Shown here: positions 38,056 through 51,578 of the stretch, piece by piece
Position numbering within the stretch: the first letter of the stretch is position 1
Layout of the letters: every line of letters starts with the position of its first letter
The notes under the pieces: model-generated
Database searches by the model: none
Told to the model about the DNA's origin: nothing
What the model saw: only the letters and a program-made list of their open reading frames with translations
Assembly: GCF_964204645.1 (NCBI RefSeq)
Contig: NC_134035.1
Coordinates: forward strand, 7,844,451-7,908,450
From: Tubulanus polymorphus
Lineage: Eukaryota; Animalia; Nemertea
Reading direction: 5' to 3'
Length of the DNA: 64,000 nucleotides
Position numbers and translations under genes: made by a program

Positions 38056-38491
38056 AACAAAACGTATCAATCTAACCGTTTTGATATTACCTTCTCGATA
38101 GGATCGCCACCTCAGCGAGGCGTCCACTTTTTATGTCTCTTTTAACAGAGTTTCAATTGCTCAACTGATAAAACCAGGTACAATTATCCATTCGCTCCAT
38201 CGAAAGATGTAGAAACAAACGCCTTTCCCGTCGCTCAAGGATCGGCGTTGAATAAGGCGGAGGAAACTATGAGAACAGCTACTTAGCAACACAATCTGTG
38301 ACGTCACATTACCAGAAAAAATCCAATCTTCTATCTAACAAAGTATCGATTTGGGAATATATCTGCGACAACAAAATTTTGACAGCTTCGTTCAACTAAT
38401 GGCGAAAACAAACAAGCAAATAAACAAACAAATAAACGGCTGTTTGCGAGTGCTTTTAATTTTTGAAATAAATCGAGCAAAATTTGAAAAA

Positions 38492-38610
38492 AGTCTACAG
38501 CACCCGGTATTCCCAGGCGGTCACCCATCCAAGTACTAACCGGGCCCGACGTTGCTTAACTTCGGTGATCGGACGAGAACCGGTGCTTTCAACGTGGTAT
38601 GGCCGTAGAC
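38492..38610 (-). rRNA. 5S: 5S rRNA copy 70
   Basis: As copy 1. Confidence 0.98.
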
Positions 38611-39048
38611 AACAAAACGTATAAATCTAACCGTTTTGATATTACCTTCTCGATAGGATCGCCACCTCAGCGAGGCATCCACTTTTTATGTCTCTTTTAA
38701 CACAGTTTCAATTGCTCAACTGATAAAACCAGGTACAATTATCCATTCGCTCCATCGAAAGATGTAGAAACAAACGCCTTTCCCTTCGCTCAAGGATCGG
38801 CGTTGAATAAGGCGGAGGAAACTATGAGAACAGCTACTTAGCAACACAATCTGTGACGTCACATTACCAGAAAACATCCAATCTTCTATCTCTAACAAAG
38901 TATCGATTTGGGAATATATCTGCGACAACAAAATTTTGACGGCTTCGTTCAACTAATGGCGAAAACGAACAAGCAAATAAACAAACAAATAAACGGCTGT
39001 TTACGATTGCTTTTAATTTTTGAAATAAATCGAGCAAAATTTGAAAAA

Positions 39049-39167
39049 AGTCTACAGCACCCGGTATTCCCAGGCGGTCACCCATCCAAGTACTAACCGG
39101 GTCCGACGTTGCTTAACTTCGGTGATCGGACGAGAACCGGTGCTTTCAACGTGGTATGGCCGTAGAC
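39049..39167 (-). rRNA. 5S: 5S rRNA copy 71 (G66A variant)
   Basis: As copy 1; substitution at 39102. Confidence 0.96.
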
Positions 39168-39605
39168 AACAAAACGTATCAATCTAACCGTTTTGATATT
39201 ACCTTCTCGATAGGATCGCCACCTCAGCGAGGCATCCACTTTTTATGTCTCTTTTAACACAGTTTCAATTGCTCAACTGATAAAACCAGGTACAATTATC
39301 CATTCGCTCCATCGAAAGATGTAGAAACAAACGCCTTTCCCTTCGCTCAAGGATCGGCGTTGAATAAGGCGGAGGAAACTATGAGAACAGCTACTTAGCA
39401 ACACAATCTGTGACGTCACATTACCAGAAAACATCCAATCTTCTATCTCTAACAAAGTATCGATTTGGGAATATATCTGCGACAACAAAATTTTGACGGC
39501 TTCGTTCAACTAATGGCGAAAACGAACAAGCAAATAAACAAACAAATAAACGGCTGTTTACGAGTGCTTTTAATTTTTGAAATAAATCGAGCAAAATTTG
39601 AAAAA

Positions 39606-39724
39606 AGTCTACAGCACCCGGTATTCCCAGGCGGTCACCCATCCAAGTACTAACCGGGCCCGACGTTGCTTAACTTCGGTGATCGGACGAGAACCGGTGC
39701 TTTCAACGTGGTATGGCCGTAGAC
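39606..39724 (-). rRNA. 5S: 5S rRNA copy 72 (31-bp upstream deletion)
   Basis: As copy 1. Confidence 0.97.
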
Positions 39725-40131
39725 AACAAAACGTATCAATCTAACCGTTTTGATATTACCTTCACTTTTTATGTCTCTTTTAACACAGTTTCAATTGCTC
39801 AACTGATAAAACCAGGTACAATTATCCATTCGCTCCATCGAAAGATGTAGAAACAAACGCCTTTCCCTTCGCTCAAGGATCGGCGTTGAATAAGGCGGAG
39901 GAAACTATGAGAACAGCTACTTAGCAACACAATCTGTGACGTCACATTACCAGAAAACATCCAATCTTCTATCTCTAACAAAGTATCGATTTGGGAATAT
40001 ATCTGCGACAACAAAATTTTGACGGCTTCGTTCAACTAATGGCGAAAACGAACAAGCAAATAAACAAACAAATAAACGGCTGTTTACGAGTGCTTTTAAT
40101 TTTTGAAATAAATCGAGCAAAATTTGAAAAA

Positions 40132-40250
40132 AGTCTACAGCACCCGGTATTCCCAGGCGGTCACCCATCCAAGTACTAACCGGGCCCGACGTTGCTTAAC
40201 TTCGGTGATCGGACGAGAACCGGTGCTTTCAACGTGGTATGGCCGTAGAC
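40132..40250 (-). rRNA. 5S: 5S rRNA copy 73
   Basis: As copy 1. Confidence 0.98.
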
Positions 40251-40688
40251 AACAAAACGTATCAATCTAACCGTTTTGATATTACCTTCTCGATAGGATC
40301 GCCACCTCAGCGAGGCATCCACTTTTTATGTCTCTTTTAACACAGTTTCAATTGCTCAACTGATAAAACCAGGTACAATTATCCATTCGCTCCATCGAAA
40401 GATGTAGAAACAAACGCCTTTCCCTTCGCTCAAGGATCGGCGTTGAATAAGGCGGAGGAAACTATGAGAACAGCTACTTAGCAACACAATCTGTGACGTC
40501 ACATTACCAGAAAACATCCAATCTTCTATCTATAACAAAGTATCGATTTGGGAATATATCTGCGACAACAAAATTTTGACGGCTTCGTTCAACTAATGGC
40601 GAAAACGAACAAGCAAATAAACAAACAAATAAACGGCTGTTTACGAGTGCTTTTAATTTTTGAAATAAATCGAGCAAAATTTGAAAAA

Positions 40689-40807
40689 AGTCTACAGCAC
40701 CCGGTATTCCCAGGCGGTCACCCATCCAAGTACTAACCGGGCCCGACGTTGCTTAACTTCGGTGATCGGACGAGAACCGGTGCTTTCAACGTGGTATGGC
40801 CGTAGAC
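40689..40807 (-). rRNA. 5S: 5S rRNA copy 74 (31-bp upstream deletion)
   Basis: As copy 1. Confidence 0.97.
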
Positions 40808-41214
40808 AACAAAACGTATCAATCTAACCGTTTTGATATTACCTTCACTTTTTATGTCTCTTTTAACACAGTTTCAATTGCTCAACTGATAAAACCAGGT
40901 ACAATTATCCATTCGCTCCATCGAAAGATGTAGAAACAAACGCCTTTCCCTTCGCTCAAGGATCGGCGTTGAATAAGGCGGAGGAAACTATGAGAACAGC
41001 TACTTAGCAACACAATCTGTGACGTCACATTACCAGAAAACATCCAATCTTCTATCTCTAACAAAGTATCGATTTGGGAATATATCTGCGACAACAAAAT
41101 TTTGACGGCTTCGTTCAACTAATGGCGAAAACAAACAAGCAAATAAACAAACAAATAAACGACTGTTTACGAGTGCTTTTAATTTTTGAAATAAATCGAG
41201 CTAAATTTGAAAAA

Positions 41215-41333
41215 AGTCTACAGCACCCGGTATTCCCAGGCGGTCACCCATCCAAGTACTAACCGGGCCCGACGTTGCTTAACTTCGGTGATCGGACGAG
41301 AACCGGTGCTTTCAACGTGGTATGGCCGTAGAC
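41215..41333 (-). rRNA. 5S: 5S rRNA copy 75
   Basis: As copy 1. Confidence 0.98.
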
Positions 41334-41771
41334 AACAAAACGTACAAATCTAACCGTTTTGATATTACCTTCTCGATAGGATCGCCACCTCAGCGAGGCA
41401 TCCACTTTTTATGTCTCTTTTAACACAGTTTCAATTGCTCAACTGATAAAACCAGGTACAATTATCCATTCGCTCCATCGAAAGATGTAGAAACAAACGC
41501 CTTTCCCTTCGCTCAAGGATCGGCGTTGAATAAGGCGGAGGAAACTATGAGAACAGCTACTTAGCAACACAATCTGTGACGTCACATTACCAGAAAACAT
41601 CCAATCTTCTATCTCTAACAAAGTATCGATTTGGGAATATATCTGCGACAACAAAATTTTGACGGCTTCGTTCAACTAATGGCGAAAACGAACAAGCAAA
41701 TAAACAAACAAATAAACGGCTGTTTACGAGTGCTTTTAATTTTTGAAATAAATCGAGCAAAATTTGAAAAA

Positions 41772-41890
41772 AGTCTACAGCACCCGGTATTCCCAGGCGG
41801 TCACCCATCCAAGTACTAACCGGGCCCGACGTTGCTTAACTTCGGTGATCGGACGAGAACCGGTGCTTTCAACGTGGTATGGCCGTAGAC
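41772..41890 (-). rRNA. 5S: 5S rRNA copy 76
   Basis: As copy 1. Confidence 0.98.
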
Positions 41891-42328
41891 AACAAAACGT
41901 ATCAATCTAACCGTTTTGATATTACCTTCTCGATAGGATCGCCACCTCAGCGAGGCATCCACTTTTTATGTCTCTTTTAACACAGTTTCAATTGCTCAAC
42001 TGATAAAACCAGGTACAATTATCCATTCGCTTCATCGAAAGATGTAGAAACAAACGCCTTTCCCTTCGCTCAAGGATCGGCGTTGAATAAGGCGGAGGAA
42101 ACTATGAGAACAGCTACTTAGCAACACAATCTGTGACGTCACATTACCAGAAAACATCCAATCTTCTATCTCTAACAAAGTATCGATTTGGGAATATATC
42201 TGCGACAACAAAATTTTGACGGCTTCGTTCAACTAATGGCGAAAACGAACAAGCAAATAAACAAACAAATAAACGGCTGTTTACGAGTGCTTTTAATTTT
42301 TGAAATAAATCGAGCAAAATTTGAAAAA

Positions 42329-42447
42329 AGTCTACAGCACCCGGTATTCCCAGGCGGTCACCCATCCAAGTACTAACCGGGCCCGACGTTGCTTAACTTC
42401 GGTGATCGGACGAGAACCGGTGCTTTCAACGTGGTATGGCCGTAGAC
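42329..42447 (-). rRNA. 5S: 5S rRNA copy 77 (31-bp upstream deletion)
   Basis: As copy 1. Confidence 0.97.
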
Positions 42448-42854
42448 AACAAAACGTATCAATCTAACCGTTTTGATATTACCTTCACTTTTTATGTCTC
42501 TTTTAACACAGTTTCAATTGCTCAACTGATAAAACCAGGTACAATTATCCATTCGCTCCATCGAAAGATGTAGAAACAAACGCCTTTCCCTTCGCTCAAG
42601 GATCGGCGTTGAATAAGGCGGAGGAAACTATGAGAACAGCTACTTAGCAACACAATCTGTGACGTCACATTACCAGAAAACATCCAATCTTCTATCTCTA
42701 ACAAAGTATCGATTTGGGAATATATCTGCGACAACAAAATTTTGACACCTTCGTTCAACTAATGGCGAAAACGAACAAGCAAATAAACAAACAAATAAAC
42801 GGCTGTTTACGAGTGCTTTTAATTTTTGAAATAAATCGAGCAAAATTTGAAAAA

Positions 42855-42973
42855 AGTCTACAGCACCCGGTATTCCCAGGCGGTCACCCATCCAAGTACT
42901 AACCGGGCCCGACGTTGCTTAACTTCGGTGATCGGACGAGAACCGGTGCTTTCAACGTGGTATGGCCGTAGAC
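42855..42973 (-). rRNA. 5S: 5S rRNA copy 78
   Basis: As copy 1. Confidence 0.98.
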
Positions 42974-43411
42974 AACAAAACGTATCAATCTAACCGTTTT
43001 GATATTACCTTCTCGATAGGATCGCCACCTCAGCGAGGCATCCACTTTTTATGTCTCTTTTAACACAGTTTCAATTGCTCAACTGATAAAACCAGGTACA
43101 ATTATCCATTCGCTCCATCGAAAGATGTAGAAACAAACGCCTTTCCCTTCGCTCAAGGATCGGCGTTGAATAAGGCGGAGGAAACTATGAGAACAGCTAC
43201 TTAGCAACACAATCTGTGACGTCACATTACCAGAAAACATCCAATCTTCTATCTATAACAAAGTATCGATTTGGGAATATATCTGCGACAACAAAATTTT
43301 GACGGCTTCGTTCAACTAATGGCGAAAACGAACAAGCAAATAAACAAACAAATAAACGGCTGTTTACGAGTGCTTTTAATTTTTGAAATAAATCGAGCAA
43401 AATTTGAAAAA

Positions 43412-43530
43412 AGTCTACAGCACCCGGTATTCCCAGGCGGTCACCCATCCAAGTACTAACCGGGCCCGACGTTGCTTAACTTCGGTGATCGGACGAGAAC
43501 CGGTGCTTTCAACGTGGTATGGCCGTAGAC
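43412..43530 (-). rRNA. 5S: 5S rRNA copy 79 (31-bp upstream deletion)
   Basis: As copy 1. Confidence 0.97.
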
Positions 43531-43937
43531 AACAAAACGTATCAATCTAACCGTTTTGATATTACCTTCACTTTTTATGTCTCTTTTAACACAGTTTCAA
43601 TTGCTCAACTGATAAAACCAGGTACAATTATCCATTCGCTCCATCGAAAGATGTAGAAACAAACGCCTTTCCCTTCGCTCAAGGATCGGCGTTGAATAAG
43701 GCGGAGGAAACTATGAGAACAGCTACTTAGCAACACAATCTGTGACGTCACATTACCAGAAAACATCCAATCTTCTATCTCTAACAAAGTATCGATTTGG
43801 GAATATATCTGCGACAACAAAATTTTGACGGCTTCGTTCAACTAATGGCGAAAACAAACAAGCAAATAAACAAACAAATAAACGACTGTTTACGAGTGCT
43901 TTTAATTTTTGAAATAAATCGAGCTAAATTTGAAAAA

Positions 43938-44056
43938 AGTCTACAGCACCCGGTATTCCCAGGCGGTCACCCATCCAAGTACTAACCGGGCCCGACGTTG
44001 CTTAACTTCGGTGATCGGACGAGAACCGGTGCTTTCAACGTGGTATGGCCGTAGAC
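43938..44056 (-). rRNA. 5S: 5S rRNA copy 80
   Basis: As copy 1. Confidence 0.98.
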
Positions 44057-44494
44057 AACACAACGTACAAATCTAACCGTTTTGATATTACCTTCTCGAT
44101 AGGATCGCCACCTCAGCGAGGCATCCACTTTTTATGTCTCTTTTAACACAGTTTCAATTGCTCAACTGATAAAACCAGGTACAATTATCCATTCGCTCCA
44201 TCGAAAGATGTAGAAACAAACGCCTTTCCCTTCGCTCAAGGATCGGCGTTGAATAAGGCGGAGGAAACTATGAGAACAGCTACTTAGCAACACAATCTGT
44301 GACGTCACATTACCAGAAAACATCCAATCTTCTATCTCTAACAAAGTATCGATTTGGGAATATATCTGCGACAACAAAATTTTGACGGCTTCGTTCAACT
44401 AATGGCGAAAACGAACAAGCAAATAAACAAACAAATAAACGGCTGTTTACGAGTGCTTTTAATTTTTGAAATAAATCGAGCAAAATTTGAAAAA

Positions 44495-44613
44495 AGTCTA
44501 CAGCACCCGGTATTCCCAGGCGGTCACCCATCCAAGTACTAACCGGGCCCGACGTTGCTTAACTTCGGTGATCGGACGAGAACCGGTGCTTTCAACGTGG
44601 TATGGCCGTAGAC
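44495..44613 (-). rRNA. 5S: 5S rRNA copy 81 (31-bp upstream deletion)
   Basis: As copy 1. Confidence 0.97.
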
Positions 44614-45020
44614 AACAAAACGTATCAATCTAACCGTTTTGATATTACCTTCACTTTTTATGTCTCTTTTAACACAGTTTCAATTGCTCAACTGATAAAA
44701 CCAGGTACAATTATCCATTCGCTCCATCGAAAGATGTAGAAACAAACGCCTTTCCCTTCGCTCAAGGATCGGCGTTGAATAAGGCGGAGGAAACTATGAG
44801 AACAGCTACTTAGCAACACAATCTGTGACGTCACATTACCAGAAAACATCCAATCTTCTATCTCTAACAAAGTATCGATTTGGGAATATATCTGCGACAA
44901 CAAAATTTTGACGGCTTCGTTCAACTAATGGCGAAAACAAACAAGCAAATAAACAAACAAATAAACGGCTGTTTACGAGTGCTTTTAATTTTTGAAATAA
45001 ATCGAGCAAAATTTGAAAAA

Positions 45021-45139
45021 AGTCTACAGCACCCGGTATTCCCAGGCGGTCACCCATCCAAGTACTAACCGGGCCCGACGTTGCTTAACTTCGGTGATCG
45101 GACGAGAACCGGTGCTTTCAACGTGGTATGGCCGTAGAC
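45021..45139 (-). rRNA. 5S: 5S rRNA copy 82
   Basis: As copy 1. Confidence 0.98.
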
Positions 45140-45577
45140 AACAAAACGTATCAATCTAACCGTTTTGATATTACCTTCTCGATAGGATCGCCACCTCAGC
45201 GAGGCATCCACTTTTTATGTCTCTTTTAACACAGTTTCAATTGCTCAACTGATAAAACCAGGTACAATTATCCATTCGCTCCATCGAAAGATGTAGAAAC
45301 AAACGCCTTTCCCTTCGCTCAAGGATCGGCGTTGAATAAGGCGGAGGAAACTATGAGAACAGCTACTTAGCAACACAATCTGTGACGTCACATTACCAGA
45401 AAACATCCAATCTTCTATCTCTAACAAAGTATCGATTTGGGAATATATCTGCGACAACAAAATTTTGACGGCTTCGTTCAACTAATGGCGAAAACGAACA
45501 AGCAAATAAACAAACAAATAAACGGCTGTTTACGAGTGCTTTTAATTTTTGAAATAAATCGAGCAAAATTTGAAAAA

Positions 45578-45696
45578 AGTCTACAGCACCCGGTATTCCC
45601 AGGCGGTCACCCATCCAAGTACTAACCGGGCCCGACGTTGCTTAACTTCGGTGATCGGACGAGAACCGGTGCTTTCAACGTGGTATGGCCGTAGAC
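45578..45696 (-). rRNA. 5S: 5S rRNA copy 83
   Basis: As copy 1. Confidence 0.98.
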
Positions 45697-46134
45697 AACA
45701 AAACGTATCAATCTAACCGTTTTGATATTACCTTCTCGATAGGATCGCCACCTCAGCGAGGCATCCACTTTTTATGTCTCTTTTAACACAGTTTCAATTG
45801 CTCAACTGATAAAACCAGGTACAATTATCCGTTCGCTCCATCGAAAGATGTAGAAACAAACGCCTTTCCCTTCGCTCAAGGATCGGCGTTGAATAAGGCG
45901 GAGGAAACTATGAGAACAGCTACTTAGCAACACAATCTGTGACGTCACATTACCAGAAAACATCCAATCTTCTATCTCTAACAAAGTATCGATTTGGGAA
46001 TATATCTGCGACAACAAAATTTTGACGGCTTCGTTCAACTAATGGCGAAAACGAACAAGCAAATAAACAAACAAATAAACGGCTGTTTACGAGTGCTTTT
46101 AATTTTTGAAATAAATCGAGCAAAATTTGAAAAA

Positions 46135-46253
46135 AGTCTACAGCACCCGGTATTCCCAGGCGGTCACCCATCCAAGTACTAACCGGGCCCGACGTTGCTT
46201 AACTTCGGTGATCGGACGAGAACCGGTGCTTTCAACGTGGTATGGCCGTAGAC
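46135..46253 (-). rRNA. 5S: 5S rRNA copy 84
   Basis: As copy 1. Confidence 0.98.
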
Positions 46254-46689
46254 AACAAAACGTATCAATCTAACCGTTTTGATATTACCTTCTCGATAGG
46301 ATCGCCACCTCAGCGAGGCGTCCACTTTTTATGTCTCTTTTAACAGAGTTTCAATTGCTCAACTGATAAAACCAGGTACAATTATCCATTCGCTCCATCG
46401 AAAGATGTAGAAACAAACGCCTTTCCCGTCGCTCAAGGATCGGCGTTGAATAAGGCGGAGGAAACTATGAGAACAGCTACTTAGCAACACAATCTGTGAC
46501 GTCACATTACCAGAAAACATCCAATCTTCTATCTAACAAAGTATCGATTTGGGAATATATCTGCGACAACAAAATTTTGACAGCTTCGTTCAACTAATGG
46601 CGAAAACAAACAAGCAAATAAACAAACAAATAAACGGCTGTTTGCGAGTGCTTTTAATTTTTGAAATAAATCGAGCTAAATTTGAAAAA

Positions 46690-46808
46690 AGTCTACAGCA
46701 CCCGGTATTCCCAGGCGGTCACCCATCCAAGTACTAACCGGGCCCGACGTTGCTTAACTTCGGTGATCGGACGAGAACCGGTGCTTTCAACGTGGTATGG
46801 CCGTAGAC
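46690..46808 (-). rRNA. 5S: 5S rRNA copy 85
   Basis: As copy 1. Confidence 0.98.
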
Positions 46809-47246
46809 AACAAAACGTATCAATCTAACCGTTTTGATATTACCTTCTCGATAGGATCGCCACCTCAGCGAGGCATCCACTTTTTATGTCTCTTTTAACA
46901 CAGTTTCAATTGCTCAACTGATAAAACCAGGTACAATTATCCATTCGCTCCATCGAAAGATGTAGAAACAAACGCCTTTCCCTTCGCTCAAGGATCGGCG
47001 TTGAATAAGGCGGAGGAAACTATGAGAACAGCTACTTAGCAACACAATCTGTGACGTCACATTACCAGAAAACATCCAATCTTCTATCTCTAACAAAGTA
47101 TCGATTTGGGAATATATCTGCGACAACAAAATTTTGACGGCTTCGTTCAACTAATGGCGAAAACGAACAAGCAAATAAACAAACAAATAAACGGCTGTTT
47201 ACGAGTGCTTTTAATTTTTGAAATAAATCGAGCAAAATTTGAAAAA

Positions 47247-47365
47247 AGTCTACAGCACCCGGTATTCCCAGGCGGTCACCCATCCAAGTACTAACCGGGC
47301 CCGACGTTGCTTAACTTCGGTGATCGGACGAGAACCGGTGCTTTCAACGTGGTATGGCCGTAGAC
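47247..47365 (-). rRNA. 5S: 5S rRNA copy 86 (31-bp upstream deletion)
   Basis: As copy 1. Confidence 0.97.
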
Positions 47366-47772
47366 AACAAAACGTATCAATCTAACCGTTTTGATATTAC
47401 CTTCACTTTTTATGTCTCTTTTAACACAGTTTCAATTGCTCAACTGATAAAACCAGGTACAATTATCCATTCGCTCCATCGAAAGATGTAGAAACAAACG
47501 CCTTTCCCTTCGCTCAAGGATCGGCGTTGAATAAGGCGGAGGAAACTATGAGAACAGCTACTTAGCAACACAATCTGTGACGTCACATTACCAGAAAACA
47601 TCCAATCTTCTATCTCTAACAAAGTATCGATTTGGGAATATATCTGCGACAACAAAATTTTGACGGCTTCGTTCAACTAATGGCGAAAACAAACAAGCAA
47701 ATAAACAAACAAATAAACGACTGTTTACGAGTGCTTTTAATTTTTGAAATAAATCGAGCTAAATTTGAAAAA

Positions 47773-47891
47773 AGTCTACAGCACCCGGTATTCCCAGGCG
47801 GTCACCCATCCAAGTACTAACCGGGCCCGACGTTGCTTAACTTCGGTGATCGGACGAGAACCGGTGCTTTCAACGTGGTATGGCCGTAGAC
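47773..47891 (-). rRNA. 5S: 5S rRNA copy 87
   Basis: As copy 1. Confidence 0.98.
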
Positions 47892-48329
47892 AACAAAACG
47901 TATCAATCTAACCGTTTTGATATTACCTTCTCGATAGGATCGCCACCTCAGCGAGGCATCCACTTTTTATGTCTCTTTTAACACAGTTTCAATTGCTCAA
48001 CTGATAAAACCAGGTACAATTATCCATTCGCTCCATCGAAAGATGTAGAAACAAACGCCTTTCCCTTCGCTCAAGGATCGGCGTTGAATAAGGCGGAGGA
48101 AACTATGAGAACAGCTACTTAGCAACACAATCTGTGACGTCACATTACCAGAAAACATCCAATCTTCTATCTCTAACAAAGTATCGATTTGGGAATATAT
48201 CTGCGACAACAAAATTTTGACGGCTTCGTTCAACTAATGGCGAAAACGAACAAGCAAATAAACAAACAAATAAACGGCTGTTTACGAGTGCTTTTAATTT
48301 TTGAAATAAATCGAGCAAAATTTGAAAAA

Positions 48330-48448
48330 AGTCTACAGCACCCGGTATTCCCAGGCGGTCACCCATCCAAGTACTAACCGGGCCCGACGTTGCTTAACTT
48401 CGGTGATCGGACGAGAACCGGTGCTTTCAACGTGGTATGGCCGTAGAC
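48330..48448 (-). rRNA. 5S: 5S rRNA copy 88 (31-bp upstream deletion)
   Basis: As copy 1. Confidence 0.97.
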
Positions 48449-48855
48449 AACAAAACGTATCAATCTAACCGTTTTGATATTACCTTCACTTTTTATGTCT
48501 CTTTTAACACAGTTTCAATTGCTCAACTGATAAAACCAGGTACAATTATCCATTCGCTCCATCGAAAGATGTAGAAACAAACGCCTTTCCCTTCGCTCAA
48601 GGATCGGCGTTGAATAAGGCGGAGGAAACTATGAGAACAGCTACTTAGCAACACAATCTGTGACGTCACATTACCAGAAAACATCCAATCTTCTATCTCT
48701 AACAAAGTATCGATTTGGGAATATATCTGCGACAACAAAATTTTGACGGCTTCGTTCAACTAATGGCGAAAACAAACAAGCAAATAAACAAACAAATAAA
48801 CGACTGTTTACGAGTGCTTTTAATTTTTGAAATAAATCGAGCTAAATTTGAAAAA

Positions 48856-48974
48856 AGTCTACAGCACCCGGTATTCCCAGGCGGTCACCCATCCAAGTAC
48901 TAACCGGGCCCGACGTTGCTTAACTTCGGTGATCGGACGAGAACCGGTGCTTTCAACGTGGTATGGCCGTAGAC
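48856..48974 (-). rRNA. 5S: 5S rRNA copy 89
   Basis: As copy 1. Confidence 0.98.
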
Positions 48975-49412
48975 AACAAAACGTACAAATCTAACCGTTT
49001 TGATATTACCTTCTCGATAGGATCGCCACCTCAGCGAGGCATCCACTTTTTATGTCTCTTTTAACACAGTTTCAATTGCTCAACTGATAAAACCAGGTAC
49101 AATTATCCATTCGCTCCATCGAAAGATGTAGAAACAAACGCCTTTCCCTTCGCTCAAGGATCGGCGTTGAATAAGGCGGAGGAAACTATGAGAACAGCTA
49201 CTTAGCAACACAATCTGTGACGTCACATTACCAGAAAACATCCAATCTTCTATCTCTAACAAAGTATCGATTTGGGAATATATCTGCGACAACAAAATTT
49301 TGACGGCTTCGTTCAACTAATGGCGAAAACGAACAAGCAAATAAACAAACAAATAAACGGCTGTTTACGAGTGCTTTTAATTTTTGAAATAAATCGAGCA
49401 AAATTTGAAAAA

Positions 49413-49531
49413 AGTCTACAGCACCCGGTATTCCCAGGCGGTCACCCATCCAAGTACTAACCGGGCCCGACGTTGCTTAACTTCGGTGATCGGACGAGAA
49501 CCGGTGCTTTCAACGTGGTATGGCCGTAGAC
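49413..49531 (-). rRNA. 5S: 5S rRNA copy 90
   Basis: As copy 1. Confidence 0.98.
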
Positions 49532-49969
49532 AACAAAACGTATCAATCTAACCGTTTTGATATTACCTTCTCGATAGGATCGCCACCTCAGCGAGGCATC
49601 CACTTTTTATGTCTCTTTTAACACAGTTTCAATTGCTCAACTGATAAAACCAGGTACAATTATCCATTCGCTTCATCGAAAGATGTAGAAACAAACGCCT
49701 TTCCCTTCGCTCAAGGATCGGCGTTGAATAAGGCGGAGGAAACTATGAGAACAGCTACTTAGCAACACAATCTGTGACGTCACATTACCAGAAAACATCC
49801 AATCTTCTATCTCTAACAAAGTATCGATTTGGGAATATATCTGCGACAACAAAATTTTGACGGCTTCGTTCAACTAATGGCGAAAACGAACAAGCAAATA
49901 AACAAACAAATAAACGGCTGTTTACGAGTGCTTTTAATTTTTGAAATAAATCGAGCAAAATTTGAAAAA

Positions 49970-50088
49970 AGTCTACAGCACCCGGTATTCCCAGGCGGTC
50001 ACCCATCCAAGTACTAACCGGGCCCGACGTTGCTTAACTTCGGTGATCGGACGAGAACCGGTGCTTTCAACGTGGTATGGCCGTAGAC
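49970..50088 (-). rRNA. 5S: 5S rRNA copy 91 (31-bp upstream deletion)
   Basis: As copy 1. Confidence 0.97.
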
Positions 50089-50495
50089 AACAAAACGTAT
50101 CAATCTAACCGTTTTGATATTACCTTCACTTTTTATGTCTCTTTTAACACAGTTTCAATTGCTCAACTGATAAAACCAGGTACAATTATCCATTCGCTCC
50201 ATCGAAAGATGTAGAAACAAACGCCTTTCCCTTCGCTCAAGGATCGGCGTTGAATAAGGCGGAGGAAACTATGAGAACAGCTACTTAGCAACACAATCTG
50301 TGACGTCACATTACCAGAAAACATCCAATCTTCTATCTCTAACAAAGTATCGATTTGGGAATATATCTGCGACAACAAAATTTTGACACCTTCGTTCAAC
50401 TAATGGCGAAAACGAACAAGCAAATAAACAAACAAATAAACGGCTGTTTACGAGTGCTTTTAATTTTTGAAATAAATCGAGCAAAATTTGAAAAA

Positions 50496-50614
50496 AGTCT
50501 ACAGCACCCGGTATTCCCAGGCGGTCACCCATCCAAGTACTAACCGGGCCCGACGTTGCTTAACTTCGGTGATCGGACGAGAACCGGTGCTTTCAACGTG
50601 GTATGGCCGTAGAC
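50496..50614 (-). rRNA. 5S: 5S rRNA copy 92
   Basis: As copy 1. Confidence 0.98.
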
Positions 50615-51052
50615 AACAAAACGTATCAATCTAACCGTTTTGATATTACCTTCTCGATAGGATCGCCACCTCAGCGAGGCATCCACTTTTTATGTCTCTT
50701 TTAACACAGTTTCAATTGCTCAACTGATAAAACCAGGTACAATTATCCATTCGCTCCATCGAAAGATGTAGAAACAAACGCCTTTCCCTTCGCTCAAGGA
50801 TCGGCGTTGAATAAGGCGGAGGAAACTATGAGAACAGCTACTTAGCAACACAATCTGTGACGTCACATTACCAGAAAACATCCAATCTTCTATCTATAAC
50901 AAAGTATCGATTTGGGAATATATCTGCGACAACAAAATTTTGACGGCTTCGTTCAACTAATGGCGAAAACGAACAAGCAAATAAACAAACAAATAAACGG
51001 CTGTTTACGAGTGCTTTTAATTTTTGAAATAAATCGAGCAAAATTTGAAAAA

Positions 51053-51171
51053 AGTCTACAGCACCCGGTATTCCCAGGCGGTCACCCATCCAAGTACTAA
51101 CCGGGCCCGACGTTGCTTAACTTCGGTGATCGGACGAGAACCGGTGCTTTCAACGTGGTATGGCCGTAGAC
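51053..51171 (-). rRNA. 5S: 5S rRNA copy 93 (31-bp upstream deletion)
   Basis: As copy 1. Confidence 0.97.
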
Positions 51172-51578
51172 AACAAAACGTATCAATCTAACCGTTTTGA
51201 TATTACCTTCACTTTTTATGTCTCTTTTAACACAGTTTCAATTGCTCAACTGATAAAACCAGGTACAATTATCCATTCGCTCCATCGAAAGATGTAGAAA
51301 CAAACGCCTTTCCCTTCGCTCAAGGATCGGCGTTGAATAAGGCGGAGGAAACTATGAGAACAGCTACTTAGCAACACAATCTGTGACGTCACATTACCAG
51401 AAAACATCCAATCTTCTATCTCTAACAAAGTATCGATTTGGGAATATATCTGCGACAACAAAATTTTGACGGCTTCGTTCAACTAATGGCGAAAACAAAC
51501 AAGCAAATAAACAAACAAATAAACGACTGTTTACGAGTGCTTTTAATTTTTGAAATAAATCGAGCTAAATTTGAAAAA

